The position numbers were made by a program, and so were the translations under genes. Shown in pieces: positions 39,706 through 50,323 of a stretch of 64,000 nt of DNA. The stretch is taken from contig JAACWS010000017.1 in assembly GCA_009991955.1 (NCBI GenBank), forward strand, positions 8,486 through 72,485. Reading direction: 5' to 3'. This stretch comes from Spirochaetales bacterium (GTDB lineage Bacteria > Spirochaetota > Spirochaetia > DSM-27196 > Salinispiraceae). Under the pieces are notes generated by a model. The model ran no database searches and was not told the origin of the DNA. It worked only from the letters and a program-made list of their open reading frames with translations. Each line of letters opens with the position of its first letter. Within the stretch, counting starts at the first letter, position 1.

Positions 39706-39716
39706 AAAAATCCCCC

Positions 39717-40073
39717 TTAGAACTGGATCCCGGATTTTCGGGTCCCATCGGCAAAGGCTTTGACAACTCCATGGTATAAATTACCGTTTCGGTCAAAAAC
39801 TGCGGTTTCTATTTTCAAAGCCATAAGCTTCTTTCCCAACTCAATACCCAGTTTCTCCGCATCCCCAACAGTAACTTTCAGCTCCTTAAATTCACCAACA
39901 TTCCCAATGGAAGCCAGGGTGTGACCGCTTAAATCATCAATGACCTGAACGTAAAGATGCTTGTTACTTTTAAAAATGCTAATCCGGGGCTTTGTAGACG
40001 AGCCAGAAAGATTCTTTCGAATCCTCGTCTTTCTTCTCACTTTTCGGGCGATCTTGTCTTTGATTCTGTTCAT
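39717..40073 (-). CDS. rplR: 50S ribosomal protein L18
   Basis: 118 aa conserved L18. Confidence 0.95.
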   Translation of the reverse strand: MNRIKDKIARKVRRKTRIRKNLSGSSTKPRISIFKSNKHLYVQVIDDLSGHTLASIGNVGEFKELKVTVGDAEKLGIELGKKLMALKIETAVFDRNGNLYHGVVKAFADGTRKSGIQF

Positions 40074-40082
40074 TTGTTCACC

Positions 40083-40622
40083 TTACTTAATTCCCGATTT
40101 TCCGACTTTTCGTCGTACGTGCTCGTTCTCGTATCTAACGCCCTTACCCTTATAAGGTTCCGGCGGGCGAATCGAACGGATCTCCGAAGCGATACGCCCC
40201 ACAACGACCTTGTCGATCCCTTTGACTAAGACCTTATTTTGACCCTCGACCTCGATAACCACTCCGTCGGGAATATGGTATTCAATCTGGTTCGAGTAGC
40301 CAAGGTTGAGAGAAAGAATCTTCCCCTTGAGCTCAGCTCGATATCCTACTCCGTTTATCATGAGAGTCTTCGTAAAGCCTTGGCTTACTCCAACAACCAT
40401 ATTGTTTAATAGATTTCGATAAAGTCCATGAAAGGACTTCGCAGCCTTGGTTTCGTCTTTCCGAGAAACTGTGGCAAGACTGCCCTCAATCAAAATTATA
40501 ATCAGCGGACTAAAATCCTGGGTTAACCTTCCTTTCGGACCTTCTACGGTCAAAAGGGTGTCAGCAACTGCAACTTTTACCCCAGCAGGAATAGTAACTG
40601 GTAATCTTCCAACTCGTGACAT
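40083..40622 (-). CDS. rplF: 50S ribosomal protein L6
   Basis: 179 aa conserved L6. Confidence 0.95.
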   Translation of the reverse strand: MSRVGRLPVTIPAGVKVAVADTLLTVEGPKGRLTQDFSPLIIILIEGSLATVSRKDETKAAKSFHGLYRNLLNNMVVGVSQGFTKTLMINGVGYRAELKGKILSLNLGYSNQIEYHIPDGVVIEVEGQNKVLVKGIDKVVVGRIASEIRSIRPPEPYKGKGVRYENEHVRRKVGKSGIK

Positions 40623-40631
40623 GTATTCCCC

Positions 40632-41030
40632 CTACCACACAGAGCAGATTAGCTCGCCGCCAACCTTCTTCTCTGCTGCTTTCTTACCGGTAGTAACTCC
40701 GGTAGAGGTCGATACGATGACCGTGCCAAAACCATTAAAAATCCTCGGAAGCTCCTTGTAGCCGGTGTAAACTCGGCGGCCAGGAGTTGAGATCCGTTGA
40801 AGACCATGAATGATCGGACGATCTTTCTCGTCGTATTTTAGGAAAATACGAATCATATTGATATTTTCCTGGGTAACCTTCTTAAAATTCTTGATGTACC
40901 CTTCATTCTTTAAGATCTTGATTACTTCCAATTTTAGTTTTGAGGTGGTTACATCAACCTTTTCAAAACTCGCTTGGCTTGCATTCCGAATCTTGGTGAG
41001 CATATCTGCTACGGGATCAGAAAGACTCAT
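40632..41030 (-). CDS. rpsH: 30S ribosomal protein S8
   Basis: 132 aa conserved S8. Confidence 0.95.
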   Translation of the reverse strand: MSLSDPVADMLTKIRNASQASFEKVDVTTSKLKLEVIKILKNEGYIKNFKKVTQENINMIRIFLKYDEKDRPIIHGLQRISTPGRRVYTGYKELPRIFNGFGTVIVSTSTGVTTGKKAAEKKVGGELICSVW

Positions 41031-41040
41031 ATATCTTCTC

Positions 41041-41226
41041 CTACCAGCTCGATTTTGTTACACCAGGAATCAAACCTTCACTGGCAAACTTTCTAAAACA
41101 TACACGACACAATTGAAACTTTCGCATGTAACCTCTTGGTCGTCCGCATACTCTGCAACGATTTACTTTCCGCGTAGAAAACTTAGGAGTTCGCTGCGCC
41201 TTTATAATCATTGATTTCTTAGCCAT
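41041..41226 (-). CDS. rpsZ: 30S ribosomal protein S14 type Z (zinc-binding)
   Basis: 61 aa; CRVCGRPRG…CRVCFR Zn-finger. Confidence 0.95.
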   Translation of the reverse strand: MAKKSMIIKAQRTPKFSTRKVNRCRVCGRPRGYMRKFQLCRVCFRKFASEGLIPGVTKSSW

Positions 41227-41235
41227 ACCTTCTCC

Positions 41236-41787
41236 CTATTTTCTGAACGGCATTCCAAGACGGGTCAATAAACTTTTCGCCTCTTGGTCAGTCGATGCGG
41301 TCGTTACAACCGCCACATTCATACCCGAAATTCTGTCAATTTTATCGTAGTCGATTTCGGGAAATATTATTTGTTCAGTGACTCCGAGGGAAAAATTCCC
41401 ATGGCCATCAAAAGCGTTAGGGTTTACCCCTCGAAAGTCTTTAACTCGTGGGAGAGCGACATTCATCAGCCGATCAAGAAACTCGTACATCCGGTCACCC
41501 CGGAGGGTTACTTTCAGACCTACTTCCATGCCCTCACGAAGTTTGAAGTTAGCAATTGACTTCCGTGCCTTCGTTTTTACTGGTCGCTGACCAGTAATGA
41601 GTGCCAGTTCTGACAGAGAGGTCTCTAACATTTTCTTGTTTGCTATCGCCTCACCTACCCCCATGCTTACAATGACTTTTTCGATCTTGGGGATTTGCAT
41701 GGCGCTCTTATAGCCGAATTCTTGATGCAAATCCTTCCGGATTGTTCCATTGTACAGCGCTTTAAGTACAGGTACATTTCCAGCCAT
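41236..41787 (-). CDS. rplE: 50S ribosomal protein L5
   Basis: 183 aa conserved L5. Confidence 0.95.
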   Translation of the reverse strand: MAGNVPVLKALYNGTIRKDLHQEFGYKSAMQIPKIEKVIVSMGVGEAIANKKMLETSLSELALITGQRPVKTKARKSIANFKLREGMEVGLKVTLRGDRMYEFLDRLMNVALPRVKDFRGVNPNAFDGHGNFSLGVTEQIIFPEIDYDKIDRISGMNVAVVTTASTDQEAKSLLTRLGMPFRK

Positions 41788-42113
41788 TACAGTACTTCTC
41801 CTGTCCGAACTGATACTCGAGCCTTCTCATTCTTCTCGAACTTGTAACCAACCCGAGTAGGTTTGCCAGACTTATCCACAAGCATTACGTTAGAAATATG
41901 CAGACTACCCTCTATTTCCATAATGCCACCACGGTCTTCTTGCTTCTTCTTTCGAACAGCCTTTTTCACCATGTTAACGCTTTCGATTACTACCCGACCT
42001 TTTTCGAGGTCGATAGAGAGAATGCGCCCGGTCTTTCCCTTCTCTTTTCCCGAAATGACCATTACTTGATCATTTTTTTTCAACTTTGTTGATACAGTAT
42101 TCTTATTCTGCAT
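41787..42113 (-). CDS. rplX: 50S ribosomal protein L24
   Basis: 108 aa; KOW motif. Confidence 0.95.
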   Translation of the reverse strand: MQNKNTVSTKLKKNDQVMVISGKEKGKTGRILSIDLEKGRVVIESVNMVKKAVRKKKQEDRGGIMEIEGSLHISNVMLVDKSGKPTRVGYKFEKNEKARVSVRTGEVL

Positions 42114-42122
42114 GAGACTCCC

Positions 42123-42491
42123 CTACAGAACTTCCGGGGCAAGAGATACGATTTTCATGTAATCGAGATCTCGCAACTCCCGGGCAACTGGCCCGAAAAT
42201 TCGCTTCCCCTTCGGATTGCTGTTTGCGTCAATGATGACACAAGCATTGTCATCAAATCTAATATACGTGCCGTCTTGACGTCGAAAGGCTTGTTTGGTC
42301 CTGACGATGACGGCTTTTTCAACCTTGCCTTTTTTGACTGGCGCATTTGGTATAGCATCTTTCACTGCCACTACGATAATGTCACCAACACCAGCGGACT
42401 TTCGCTTCGAGCCACCAAGTACTTTAATACACTGCACTTTTTTTGCCCCACTGTTGTCTGCCACATTCAAAAAGGTCTGCATCTGAATCAT
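42123..42491 (-). CDS. rplN: 50S ribosomal protein L14
   Basis: 122 aa conserved L14. Confidence 0.95.
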   Translation of the reverse strand: MIQMQTFLNVADNSGAKKVQCIKVLGGSKRKSAGVGDIIVVAVKDAIPNAPVKKGKVEKAVIVRTKQAFRRQDGTYIRFDDNACVIIDANSNPKGKRIFGPVARELRDLDYMKIVSLAPEVL

Positions 42492-42515
42492 AGAAATACC
42501 CTCGTGTTTTGTGGC

Positions 42516-42791
42516 TTATTTCGCCCGTTCAACTATTTGAACGAGCCGCCAGGTCTTATCTTTGCTTACAGGCCTGCATTCCTCGACCTTCACCGTATCA
42601 CCCAAGTGAGCGCTACTTTCAGGATCGTGAACCTTCACTTTTTTGCTTCGCGTAACGTACTTCTTATAGAGGCCGTGGAGGGTTTTAGTAGTAACCTGTA
42701 CCACCACGGTTTTTTCCATTTTATCGCTGACCACGACACCGCTATACGTTTTACGATTTCTTATCTTTGATTTTACTTCCGCTGTTTCCAT
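42516..42791 (-). CDS. rpsQ: 30S ribosomal protein S17
   Basis: 91 aa conserved S17. Confidence 0.95.
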   Translation of the reverse strand: METAEVKSKIRNRKTYSGVVVSDKMEKTVVVQVTTKTLHGLYKKYVTRSKKVKVHDPESSAHLGDTVKVEECRPVSKDKTWRLVQIVERAK

Positions 42792-42804
42792 GCCGGTCTC
42801 CTAT

Positions 42805-43005
42805 CTAAAGGTTTTCAGACTGAGTCTGAAGCTGGTGAATAAGGGTATTTACCCGGGCAATTTTTCGTCGAATCACTCTTTTCTCCACCGGATTATCTAA
42901 GTACCCAATGACCGCATTAAACCGGATATCAAAAACTTTCTTTTGAAGTTCGTCTTTTTTGACCTTCAGCTCGTCTAAGGTCAAGTCCCTAAAGGAATCT
43001 TTCAT
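42805..43005 (-). CDS. rpmC: 50S ribosomal protein L29
   Basis: 66 aa conserved L29. Confidence 0.9.
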   Translation of the reverse strand: MKDSFRDLTLDELKVKKDELQKKVFDIRFNAVIGYLDNPVEKRVIRRKIARVNTLIHQLQTQSENL

Positions 43006-43008
43006 TTC

Positions 43009-43431
43009 TTACTCCTGTGACCGAAGTACAAACTTGGTCTTTATCGGGAGCTTTGAACCCGCACGGGCCATCGCTTCTTCTGCTAGCTTAGGTTCTACCC
43101 CTGCTATTTCAAACATTACCGTGCCCGGCTTTACGACAGCAACCCACGATTCTGGGCTACCCTTACCTTTACCCATCCGGGTTTCGGCAGGCTTCCTCGT
43201 GTACGGAACATCAGGGAATATCCGAATATAAACCTTGCCTCCCCGCTTGATATGGCGAGTCATCGCGATACGAGCTGCTTCGATCTGACGATTGGTGATC
43301 CACTTATTCTCTAAGGAAACCAACCCAAAATCGCCGAAAGAAACGGTATTCCCCCTAGAGGCTTTGCCTAATAAGGTAGTGTTTATATGTCGCTGGCGTT
43401 TTCGATATTTAGTACGCTTTGGACTGAGCAT
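43009..43431 (-). CDS. rplP: 50S ribosomal protein L16
   Basis: 140 aa conserved L16. Confidence 0.95.
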   Translation of the reverse strand: MLSPKRTKYRKRQRHINTTLLGKASRGNTVSFGDFGLVSLENKWITNRQIEAARIAMTRHIKRGGKVYIRIFPDVPYTRKPAETRMGKGKGSPESWVAVVKPGTVMFEIAGVEPKLAEEAMARAGSKLPIKTKFVLRSQE

Positions 43432-43433
43432 AA

Positions 43434-44135
43434 TTAACCCCTTGTCTCCACTCGCTCACGCTTCTTTTTCACAACAGCGCCAGCATCTTCTTTGATTTCT
43501 TTTTTAAGTACTTCGCCCTTAAAGACCCATACCTTCACGCCAATAACTCCAAAGGTCGTATTGGCTTCCGAAAAGCCGTAGTCTATATGAGCCCTTAAGG
43601 TATGGAGTGGAACTCGTCCAGCCCGTACACTCTCGGTCCGCGACATTTCGGCACCACCAAGTCGACCGGAAATAACAACCTTTATACCTTGAGCACCATT
43701 TCGCATGGCATTGTTAAGGGACATCTTAAGAGTCCGTCGGAATGAAGCCCGCGATTTGAGCTGCCGCGCGATACTCATCGAAACGATTTGGGCGTCTACC
43801 TCGGGTTTCTTGACTTCTTTTATCTTTAACTGAACCTTACTAGCCACTTGTTTCTGGAGAAAGTCTCCAATCTTCTCAATAGTGACACCTTTACTCCCAA
43901 TAATAATGCCGGGACGGGAAGTATGAATCACGATAGTGATCCTTTGGGGCTGACGAATAATCTCGACTTCGGAAATCTCCGCATTTGCAGTTTCGGGCAT
44001 AGTCGAAATCAATTTTCGCAATTTCAAGTCTTCATGAAGAGTATCTGCATATTCTCTTGGATCTACATACCACTTAGACCGCCACGTCCGGTTGATACCA
44101 AGACGCATTCCTATTGGATTTACTTTCTGTCCCAC
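43434..44135 (-). CDS. rpsC: 30S ribosomal protein S3
   Basis: 233 aa; KH domain. Confidence 0.95.
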   Translation of the reverse strand: MGQKVNPIGMRLGINRTWRSKWYVDPREYADTLHEDLKLRKLISTMPETANAEISEVEIIRQPQRITIVIHTSRPGIIIGSKGVTIEKIGDFLQKQVASKVQLKIKEVKKPEVDAQIVSMSIARQLKSRASFRRTLKMSLNNAMRNGAQGIKVVISGRLGGAEMSRTESVRAGRVPLHTLRAHIDYGFSEANTTFGVIGVKVWVFKGEVLKKEIKEDAGAVVKKKRERVETRG

Positions 44136-44136
44136 T

Positions 44137-44499
44137 CTATTCTCCCGCCTTCGAAATTTCGTCGACCACCGCCGTCAGATGACTCATGCGTTTAGCAAGA
44201 ATATCTGCCCTTCCACGACCTCGCCTCCACAATCGCTTCATCCGAGGCCCTTCATCAACGTAGAGCTCCTTAATAAAGAGCATTCCTTCATCAAGACTCT
44301 TATTCTGATACAGAGCATTCGATGCCGCTGAATGGATAACCTTCTTCAAAAGCTTTGCCCCTTTATGGGGAAGGTTCTCAAGAATCGCCATGGCTTCGAC
44401 ATAGGGCTTTTTTCGCACCTCATTGGCTACCCGTCGTACTTTCGTAGGGGATATCTGCAGGTACTTTGCATGGGCCCGAAATCCGTTCTTTTCTGCCAT
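44137..44499 (-). CDS. rplV: 50S ribosomal protein L22
   Basis: 120 aa conserved L22. Confidence 0.95.
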   Translation of the reverse strand: MAEKNGFRAHAKYLQISPTKVRRVANEVRKKPYVEAMAILENLPHKGAKLLKKVIHSAASNALYQNKSLDEGMLFIKELYVDEGPRMKRLWRRGRGRADILAKRMSHLTAVVDEISKAGE

Positions 44500-44514
44500 T
44501 TCTTTAACCTCGCC

Positions 44515-44796
44515 TTATCGCTTTCCGGCTTTCTTGTCCGAACCTGCGTGTCCCCGGAATAATCGGGTGGGAGCAAACTCGCCAAGCTTATGACCGACTA
44601 AATTTTCGGTAATATATACCGCAACCCAAGTCTTGCCGTTATAGACAGAAATTGTGAGCCCAACCATGTCTGGGATAATCGTAGACGATCGACTATAGGT
44701 CTTAAGCATCTTCTTATCTCCGGACTTAGCCACCTCGGTAACCTTCTTGTAAAGGCTCTTTGCAATAAAGGGCCCCTTCTTAACTGATCTAGACAC
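44515..44796 (-). CDS. rpsS: 30S ribosomal protein S19
   Basis: 93 aa conserved S19. Confidence 0.95.
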   Translation of the reverse strand: MSRSVKKGPFIAKSLYKKVTEVAKSGDKKMLKTYSRSSTIIPDMVGLTISVYNGKTWVAVYITENLVGHKLGEFAPTRLFRGHAGSDKKAGKR

Positions 44797-44805
44797 CTTA
44801 CGCTC

Positions 44806-45630
44806 CTACTTTCGTCTCTTAACGATGAACTTGCTGGATTGCTTTCTCTTCTTCCGAGTTTTATAGCCCTTTGTTGGCATGCCCCAAGGTGAAACTGGAT
44901 GACGTCCGCCACTGGTTCGTCCCTCACCACCACCATGAGGGTGATCCACGGGATTCATAACAACCCCTCGAACCTTCGGCCGGTGACCTAACCAGCGGGA
45001 ACGACCAGCCTTGCCCAAAGATGTATTCATGTGATCGTCGTTACCCACTGCTCCAATAGTCGCAAAGCACTTTTTAAATACCATGCGGGTTTCTCCACTG
45101 GGGAGCCGAAGGGTAACATAATCCTTTTCTTTTGCAACTACGGTAGCCGAAGCTCCAGCAGATCGGGCCATTTGGGCCCCCTTACCAAGCTGGAGTTCGA
45201 TGTTATGCACGACCGAACCCAACGGAATAACCTCTAAAGGCATTGCATTTCCAAGTTTTGGCTCAACAGCCAAACCACTAATTAGGCTGTCGCCAACCTT
45301 AATACCCTTCGGAGCGATTATGTAACGCTTCTCACCATCTGCATAATGGAGTAACGCAATGTTACTTGTTCGATTAGGGTCATACTCTATGGCTGCAACC
45401 TTGGCAGGAATATCGTATTTGTTCCTCAAGAAATCGACTGCTCGATATTTTCGCTTATGACCACCCCCACGACGGCGTACAGAAATTCGTCCCGCGGAGT
45501 TACGCCCCGCTTTCGAACCCTTACCTTTGGTTAAGGCCTTCTCCGGTCCAACCTTCGTAATTTCGTCGTAAGAGAGTGAAGTTTTCTGTCTTGTACCCGG
45601 GGTAATCGGGTTGAAAGTTTTTATTGCCAT
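44806..45630 (-). CDS. rplB: 50S ribosomal protein L2
   Basis: 274 aa conserved L2. Confidence 0.95.
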   Translation of the reverse strand: MAIKTFNPITPGTRQKTSLSYDEITKVGPEKALTKGKGSKAGRNSAGRISVRRRGGGHKRKYRAVDFLRNKYDIPAKVAAIEYDPNRTSNIALLHYADGEKRYIIAPKGIKVGDSLISGLAVEPKLGNAMPLEVIPLGSVVHNIELQLGKGAQMARSAGASATVVAKEKDYVTLRLPSGETRMVFKKCFATIGAVGNDDHMNTSLGKAGRSRWLGHRPKVRGVVMNPVDHPHGGGEGRTSGGRHPVSPWGMPTKGYKTRKKRKQSSKFIVKRRK

Positions 45631-45647
45631 ACTATTTCTCCGTACCC

Positions 45648-45932
45648 TTAGGCCCCTTCAAAAATCTGTATTGTTTCACCCTCAGGCAAAGTCACAACAG
45701 CTTTTTTCCAGGACGAAGTAAGACCGATTACCGAGCGAACCCGCTTCGGCTTACCCTTTACATTCAAAATTGAACACGAGACAGGATTCACATCGAAGAG
45801 TTCTTTGACTGCGGACTCTACCTGAATCTTATTGGCTCGCTTGTCCACAACGAACGCGTACTTTCCAGACTCTCGCTGGGCGGTAGTCTTTTCGGTAATG
45901 ATCGGTGCAAGAATTACTTGATCGGCTCTCAT
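45648..45932 (-). CDS. rplW: 50S ribosomal protein L23
   Basis: 94 aa conserved L23. Confidence 0.95.
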   Translation of the reverse strand: MRADQVILAPIITEKTTAQRESGKYAFVVDKRANKIQVESAVKELFDVNPVSCSILNVKGKPKRVRSVIGLTSSWKKAVVTLPEGETIQIFEGA

Positions 45933-45946
45933 TGTCCCTACCCCCG

Positions 45947-46585
45947 TTATTCGGCCGAAACCGGACTTCCGTAGAAGTCGTTCAGCTTGAGCGCAGCACT
46001 TTCGAGTACCACGAGCTTCTTTGCGTAGAATAAATCATGAGCCCTGAGTCGATTGTACGAAAGAGTAGAAAGCCATGGAATATTTCGTCCGGCTCGTTTC
46101 ACCATTTTATCATCATCACTAATGATAAAAACCGTTCGCTCTTCTCCACCAAAGTTCTTAAGAATCGAAGCCAAATCTTTCGTTTTTCCCGCTTCCAAAA
46201 CAAAAGTCTCTACGACGTGCAAAGCGCCAGTCTTGTTTTTTAGGCTGAGCAATGAAATCATAGCCAACCGTTTTATCTTCCGAGGAAGAGAATAACTGTA
46301 GTCGCGAGGTCTTGGCCCGTGAGAGATACCCCCACCAACCCAAACCGGAGACTGCTTCGTACCAGCACGAGCGCGGCCAGTACCCTTCTGTTTCCAGGGC
46401 TTTCTGTGACTACCAGCAACCTCACTACGAGTTTTTGTACTCGAAGTACCAACCCGCATATTTGCAAGTTCGTTCCGAATGGCGTGGTAGATAGAACCTT
46501 CACTCACTTCTCTACTAAAAACGCTATCGTCCAAGGTAATGGTCCGTAATTCTTTTCCATCTTTGGAAAGGACTTTCTTATCCAT
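45947..46585 (-). CDS. rplD: 50S ribosomal protein L4
   Basis: 212 aa conserved L4. Confidence 0.95.
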   Translation of the reverse strand: MDKKVLSKDGKELRTITLDDSVFSREVSEGSIYHAIRNELANMRVGTSSTKTRSEVAGSHRKPWKQKGTGRARAGTKQSPVWVGGGISHGPRPRDYSYSLPRKIKRLAMISLLSLKNKTGALHVVETFVLEAGKTKDLASILKNFGGEERTVFIISDDDKMVKRAGRNIPWLSTLSYNRLRAHDLFYAKKLVVLESAALKLNDFYGSPVSAE

Positions 46586-46597
46586 AGTTATCTACCC

Positions 46598-47221
46598 TTA
46601 CCCTTTCTTCACAGCTTTGGAAACAATCAGGTAGGTATCTTTCCGACCTGGAACTGCCCCCTTCACAAGAAGAATGTTCTTTTCAACATCAACCTTAATT
46701 ACTTTTAGGTTCTGGACCGTGACCCGATCAAAACCCATACGCCCGGACATTTTCAGACCTTTGATTGTCTTTCCGGGAGTCGTAGACTGACCAGTTGATC
46801 CGTTTTCTCGATGAAATTTCGAACCGTGGGTTGCACGCCCACCACCGAAGCCCCATCGCTTCATCACCCCTTGAGTACCCTTACCCTTCGAGGTTCCGGT
46901 TACGTCTATAAAAGATACGTCTTGGAACAGTTCCAAATGCAGAGTTTCACCAAGCTGGGTTTCTTTTTCAAAATTCCGCATCTCGATAAGGCATTTTTTG
47001 GGTGTAACACCTTCTTTGAACTGACCACCATACGGCTTCGTGACTCGAGATGCCTTCGCATCGTCTGCGCCAAGAATGACCGCACTGTATCCATCCTTTT
47101 CGGGAGTTCGGTGACCCACAACGACATTAGGTTGTACGTGTACGACCGTAACAGGAGTAACCTTCCCTTTTTCGTCAAAAACTTGGGTCATTCCGACCTT
47201 TTTTCCAATTAGCCCTATCAT
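46598..47221 (-). CDS. rplC: 50S ribosomal protein L3
   Basis: 207 aa conserved L3. Confidence 0.95.
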   Translation of the reverse strand: MIGLIGKKVGMTQVFDEKGKVTPVTVVHVQPNVVVGHRTPEKDGYSAVILGADDAKASRVTKPYGGQFKEGVTPKKCLIEMRNFEKETQLGETLHLELFQDVSFIDVTGTSKGKGTQGVMKRWGFGGGRATHGSKFHRENGSTGQSTTPGKTIKGLKMSGRMGFDRVTVQNLKVIKVDVEKNILLVKGAVPGRKDTYLIVSKAVKKG

Positions 47222-47258
47222 TCTTTCCCTCGATATCTATTTGATACGTGTGACACGA

Positions 47259-47567
47259 TTACTGCTTGATCTCTACATCTACACCCGCAGGGAGTTCAAG
47301 CTTCATGAGCGCATCCATCACCGCTGAGGTAGGCTCTATGATATCTATAAGCCGCTTATGGGTCCGCATTTCAAATTGCTCCCGAGCCTTCTTATTCACG
47401 TGCGGTGACCGGAGGACAGTATATTTATTGATCCGGGTAGGCAACGGAATAGGACCCGACACTTTAGCACCGGACTTCTGTACGGTCTGGACAATCGATT
47501 TTGCACTTTGGTCGATTAACTCAACATCAAAACCGCGAAGTCGTACCCGAATTTTTTCCTTCGACAT
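47259..47567 (-). CDS. rpsJ: 30S ribosomal protein S10
   Basis: 102 aa conserved S10; GGAGGA RBS. Confidence 0.95.
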   Translation of the reverse strand: MSKEKIRVRLRGFDVELIDQSAKSIVQTVQKSGAKVSGPIPLPTRINKYTVLRSPHVNKKAREQFEMRTHKRLIDIIEPTSAVMDALMKLELPAGVDVEIKQ

Positions 47568-47582
47568 TATTCCTCCAAATAA

Positions 47583-47614
47583 AGAGGAGATTTTCTTCAG
47601 AGAAAATCTCCTCT
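47583..47614 (-). terminator. perfect 14-bp hairpin + U-tract between tuf and rpsJ (terminator / S10-leader attenuator)
   Basis: AGAGGAGATTTTCT-cuga-AGAAAATCTCCTCT followed on the minus-strand RNA by UUAUUU, then immediately the rpsJ RBS. Confidence 0.6.
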
Positions 47615-47630
47615 CATTTCAAACAACCTA

Positions 47631-48821
47631 TTATTCAGCAATCTCGATAACTTGACCGGAGGCAACTGTACGCCCACCCTCGCGAATAGCGAACCGAAGT
47701 CCCTTGTCCATCGCGATGGGGTGAATGAGTTCAACGAGGATCTCGGTATTGTCACCAGGCATAACCATTTCTTTTCCTTCGGGAAGAGTAACAGTTCCGG
47801 TAATATCGGTAGTTCGGAAATAGAACTGGGGCCGATAGCCTGAGAAGAAAGGCGAGTGTCGACCACCCTCTTCCTTGCTCAAACAATAGATAGTTCCTTT
47901 GAACTTTGCGTGAGGCGTAATCGAACCGGGCTTGGCAAGAACCTGACCCCGTTCAACGTCTTTCTTATCTACACCCCGAAGAAGGGCACCGATGTTATCC
48001 CCGGCTTCCCCTTGATCGAGGAGCTTGTTGAACATTTCGACTCCGGTAACTACCGATTTCTTGGTAGCTCGGATACCGATAATTTCAATTTCTTCTCCAA
48101 CCTTAACGATTCCTCGCTCAACCCGGCCGGTTACAACAGTTCCACGACCTTGGATCGAGAAAACGTCTTCGATAGGCATCAAGAAAGGCTTATCAACCGC
48201 TCGCTCAGGGAGCGGAAAGTATGAATCCATTGCTTCCATGAGCTCAAGAATACACTTACTTTTTTCTGGATCATCGATGTTATTCATAGCTTCGAAAGCC
48301 GATCCACGAATGAAAGGAGTCTTATCCCCAGGGAAGTCGTAGGAGTTTAGGAGATCTCGAACCTCTTCTTCTACCAAGTCAACCAACTCTTCATCATCCA
48401 CGAGGTCTACCTTGTTAACAAAAACCAACAACGCAGGAACACCTACCTGTCGGGCCAACAAGATGTGCTCTCGGGTTTGAGACATCGGACCATCGGTTGC
48501 AGAAACAACCAGAACAGCACCGTCCATCTGAGCAGCACCGGTGATCATATTCTTGATATAGTCGGCGTGCCCCGGGCAGTCTACGTGAGCATAGTGTCGG
48601 TTAGCCGACTGGTACTCAACGTGCCGAGTATTAATCGTAATTCCCCGGGCTTTTTCTTCCGGTGCATTATCGATATCGTCGTAGTTCATTGCCTTACCAC
48701 CTATGAGCTTAGCACCATACATAGTGATCGCTGCAGTTAGGGTGGTCTTACCGTGGTCTACGTGTCCGATGGTACCGACGTTAATATGCGGCTTCGACCG
48801 TTCGAACTTTTCTTTTGCCAT
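47631..48821 (-). CDS. tuf: elongation factor Tu
   Basis: 396 aa; [20 protein letters not shown]-motifs. Confidence 0.97.
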   Translation of the reverse strand: MAKEKFERSKPHINVGTIGHVDHGKTTLTAAITMYGAKLIGGKAMNYDDIDNAPEEKARGITINTRHVEYQSANRHYAHVDCPGHADYIKNMITGAAQMDGAVLVVSATDGPMSQTREHILLARQVGVPALLVFVNKVDLVDDEELVDLVEEEVRDLLNSYDFPGDKTPFIRGSAFEAMNNIDDPEKSKCILELMEAMDSYFPLPERAVDKPFLMPIEDVFSIQGRGTVVTGRVERGIVKVGEEIEIIGIRATKKSVVTGVEMFNKLLDQGEAGDNIGALLRGVDKKDVERGQVLAKPGSITPHAKFKGTIYCLSKEEGGRHSPFFSGYRPQFYFRTTDITGTVTLPEGKEMVMPGDNTEILVELIHPIAMDKGLRFAIREGGRTVASGQVIEIAE

Positions 48822-49215
48822 TACGCCCTCCTCAAAAGTCGTAACAAAAATTAATGTCTTGAACCATAGACATGGAAAACCCTACGGGCTCCACGACCAG
48901 GCCTTTTCTTCGATGATTAATTTGGGGTGGGTATGCTCGACGAAACTAAACCGTCACACGGTCTGTCTGAGAAGCGATAGGAGTATCACCAGCGTAACCA
49001 GAGGAACACTGCAACCCCAAAGGTACAGGTTCTTTGTTATCCGCGCAGTCATAAACTGACGAAGGTTAGCACGGCAACCACCTCACCACCCTAATCAAAG
49101 AGCGCCTAACCAGAATCTGGTCGGTTCGCCACATCAGGTGATTGGTTTGGTTGATCAAGACCTCAAAAGGTCAAGGTGATCAGTTTTTCCCTACAAGGGA
49201 AACCAATTGGCCGGC

Positions 49216-49245
49216 AGGATACCACTAGGACTCCCGCCGTGTCAA
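49216..49245 (-). promoter_or_regulatory. putative sigma-70-type promoter for tuf (TTGACA-N18-TGgTATCCT, extended -10)
   Basis: minus-strand TTGACA at 49245..49240 and TGgTATCCT at 49224..49216, just downstream of the rpsG stop; sequence match only. Confidence 0.35.
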
Positions 49246-49259
49246 CACAATAACGGTAA

Positions 49260-49730
49260 TTACCATCGATAATGGGCAAAAGCCTTATTGGCCTCTGCCA
49301 TTCGGTGGGTATCTTCTTTCTTTTTGAACGCTGTACCTGTGCTATTGAACGCATCGAGTAACTCGGAACCAAGTTTCTGGCTCATCGATTTGCCACTACG
49401 CTTTCGAGCAGCTTGAATAATCCAACGCATTGCAAGAGCTTCGCGTCGAGTGTCCCTTATTTCTACGGGAACCTGGTAGGTCGAACCACCAACCCGACGA
49501 GACTTCACTTCAACTACAGGTTTTACATTCTCCAAAGCCTTAAGAAATACTTCTAAGGGCTTTGTATCACTTTTTTGTTCAACCAGGTCCATGGCATCGT
49601 ACATAACTCCCGATGCAACGGCTTTTTTCCCATCAAGCATCATTCGCTTGATGAACTTTGAGACTACTGTGGAATTGAATCGTGGATCTGGTAATACGGT
49701 CTTTTTTTCCGGAACTCTTCTTCTTGGCAT
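49260..49730 (-). CDS. rpsG: 30S ribosomal protein S7
   Basis: 156 aa conserved S7. Confidence 0.95.
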   Translation of the reverse strand: MPRRRVPEKKTVLPDPRFNSTVVSKFIKRMMLDGKKAVASGVMYDAMDLVEQKSDTKPLEVFLKALENVKPVVEVKSRRVGGSTYQVPVEIRDTRREALAMRWIIQAARKRSGKSMSQKLGSELLDAFNSTGTAFKKKEDTHRMAEANKAFAHYRW

Positions 49731-49742
49731 CTTTCTACTCCC

Positions 49743-50117
49743 TTAAGCCTTTGGCCGCTTAGCACCGTACTTTGACCGGCTCTTTTTTCGATCGGCGACC
49801 CCGAGGGTATCTTTGGCGCCTCGGACGATGTGGTAACGTACACCAGGAAGGTCTTTTACCCGGCCTCCCCGAAGGAGTACCACCGAGTGCTCTTGGAGGT
49901 TATGACCAATTCCGGGGATGTAAGCGGTAACTTCGATACCATTTGACAACCGTACTCGGGCTACTTTTCGAAGCGCCGAATTTGGCTTCTTGGGGGTAAC
50001 GGTCATTACACGGGTACACACACCCCGCTTCTGAGGGCAGGCCTGAAGAGCAGGGGATTTGGTCTTGTTTACCGAAACCTTTCGCCCTTTCCGAATCAAC
50101 TGATTAATCGTAGGCAT
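49743..50117 (-). CDS. rpsL: 30S ribosomal protein S12
   Basis: 124 aa conserved S12 (…[11 protein letters not shown]…). Confidence 0.95.
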   Translation of the reverse strand: MPTINQLIRKGRKVSVNKTKSPALQACPQKRGVCTRVMTVTPKKPNSALRKVARVRLSNGIEVTAYIPGIGHNLQEHSVVLLRGGRVKDLPGVRYHIVRGAKDTLGVADRKKSRSKYGAKRPKA

Positions 50118-50323
50118 GAGTGAAAACTCCCTTTTTGGGGCATATCTTTCGAGTATTCATCCTGAGCACCCGAAAAGAAATCGACCCATTCAAAATAAGC
50201 CCTTGGGGGCCAAACCATGGAGCAAGACCTTCCGAAAACTTGGAAGTCAGCACGTCCGCTCCGGACGACAATGGACCTGGATGCTACCAAATCCAATATT
50301 CTCCTGTCAAGCTAGTTACGGTT

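Noticed and set aside
49186-49202. UUUCCC-uugua-GGGAAA hairpin in the tuf leader, considered as an rpsG terminator
   Set aside because: The stem is only 6 bp and is followed by AAACUGAUC, with no U-tract. It is not a convincing intrinsic terminator.
48822-49259. Search for a tRNA, a small-protein gene or a fusA remnant in the rpsG-tuf spacer
   Set aside because: No cloverleaf-compatible sequence was found, no GTTCGA T-loop is present in a proper context, and the longest minus-strand ORF is ~33 codons of hydrophobic residues with no RBS. No EF-G-like translation appears in any frame.
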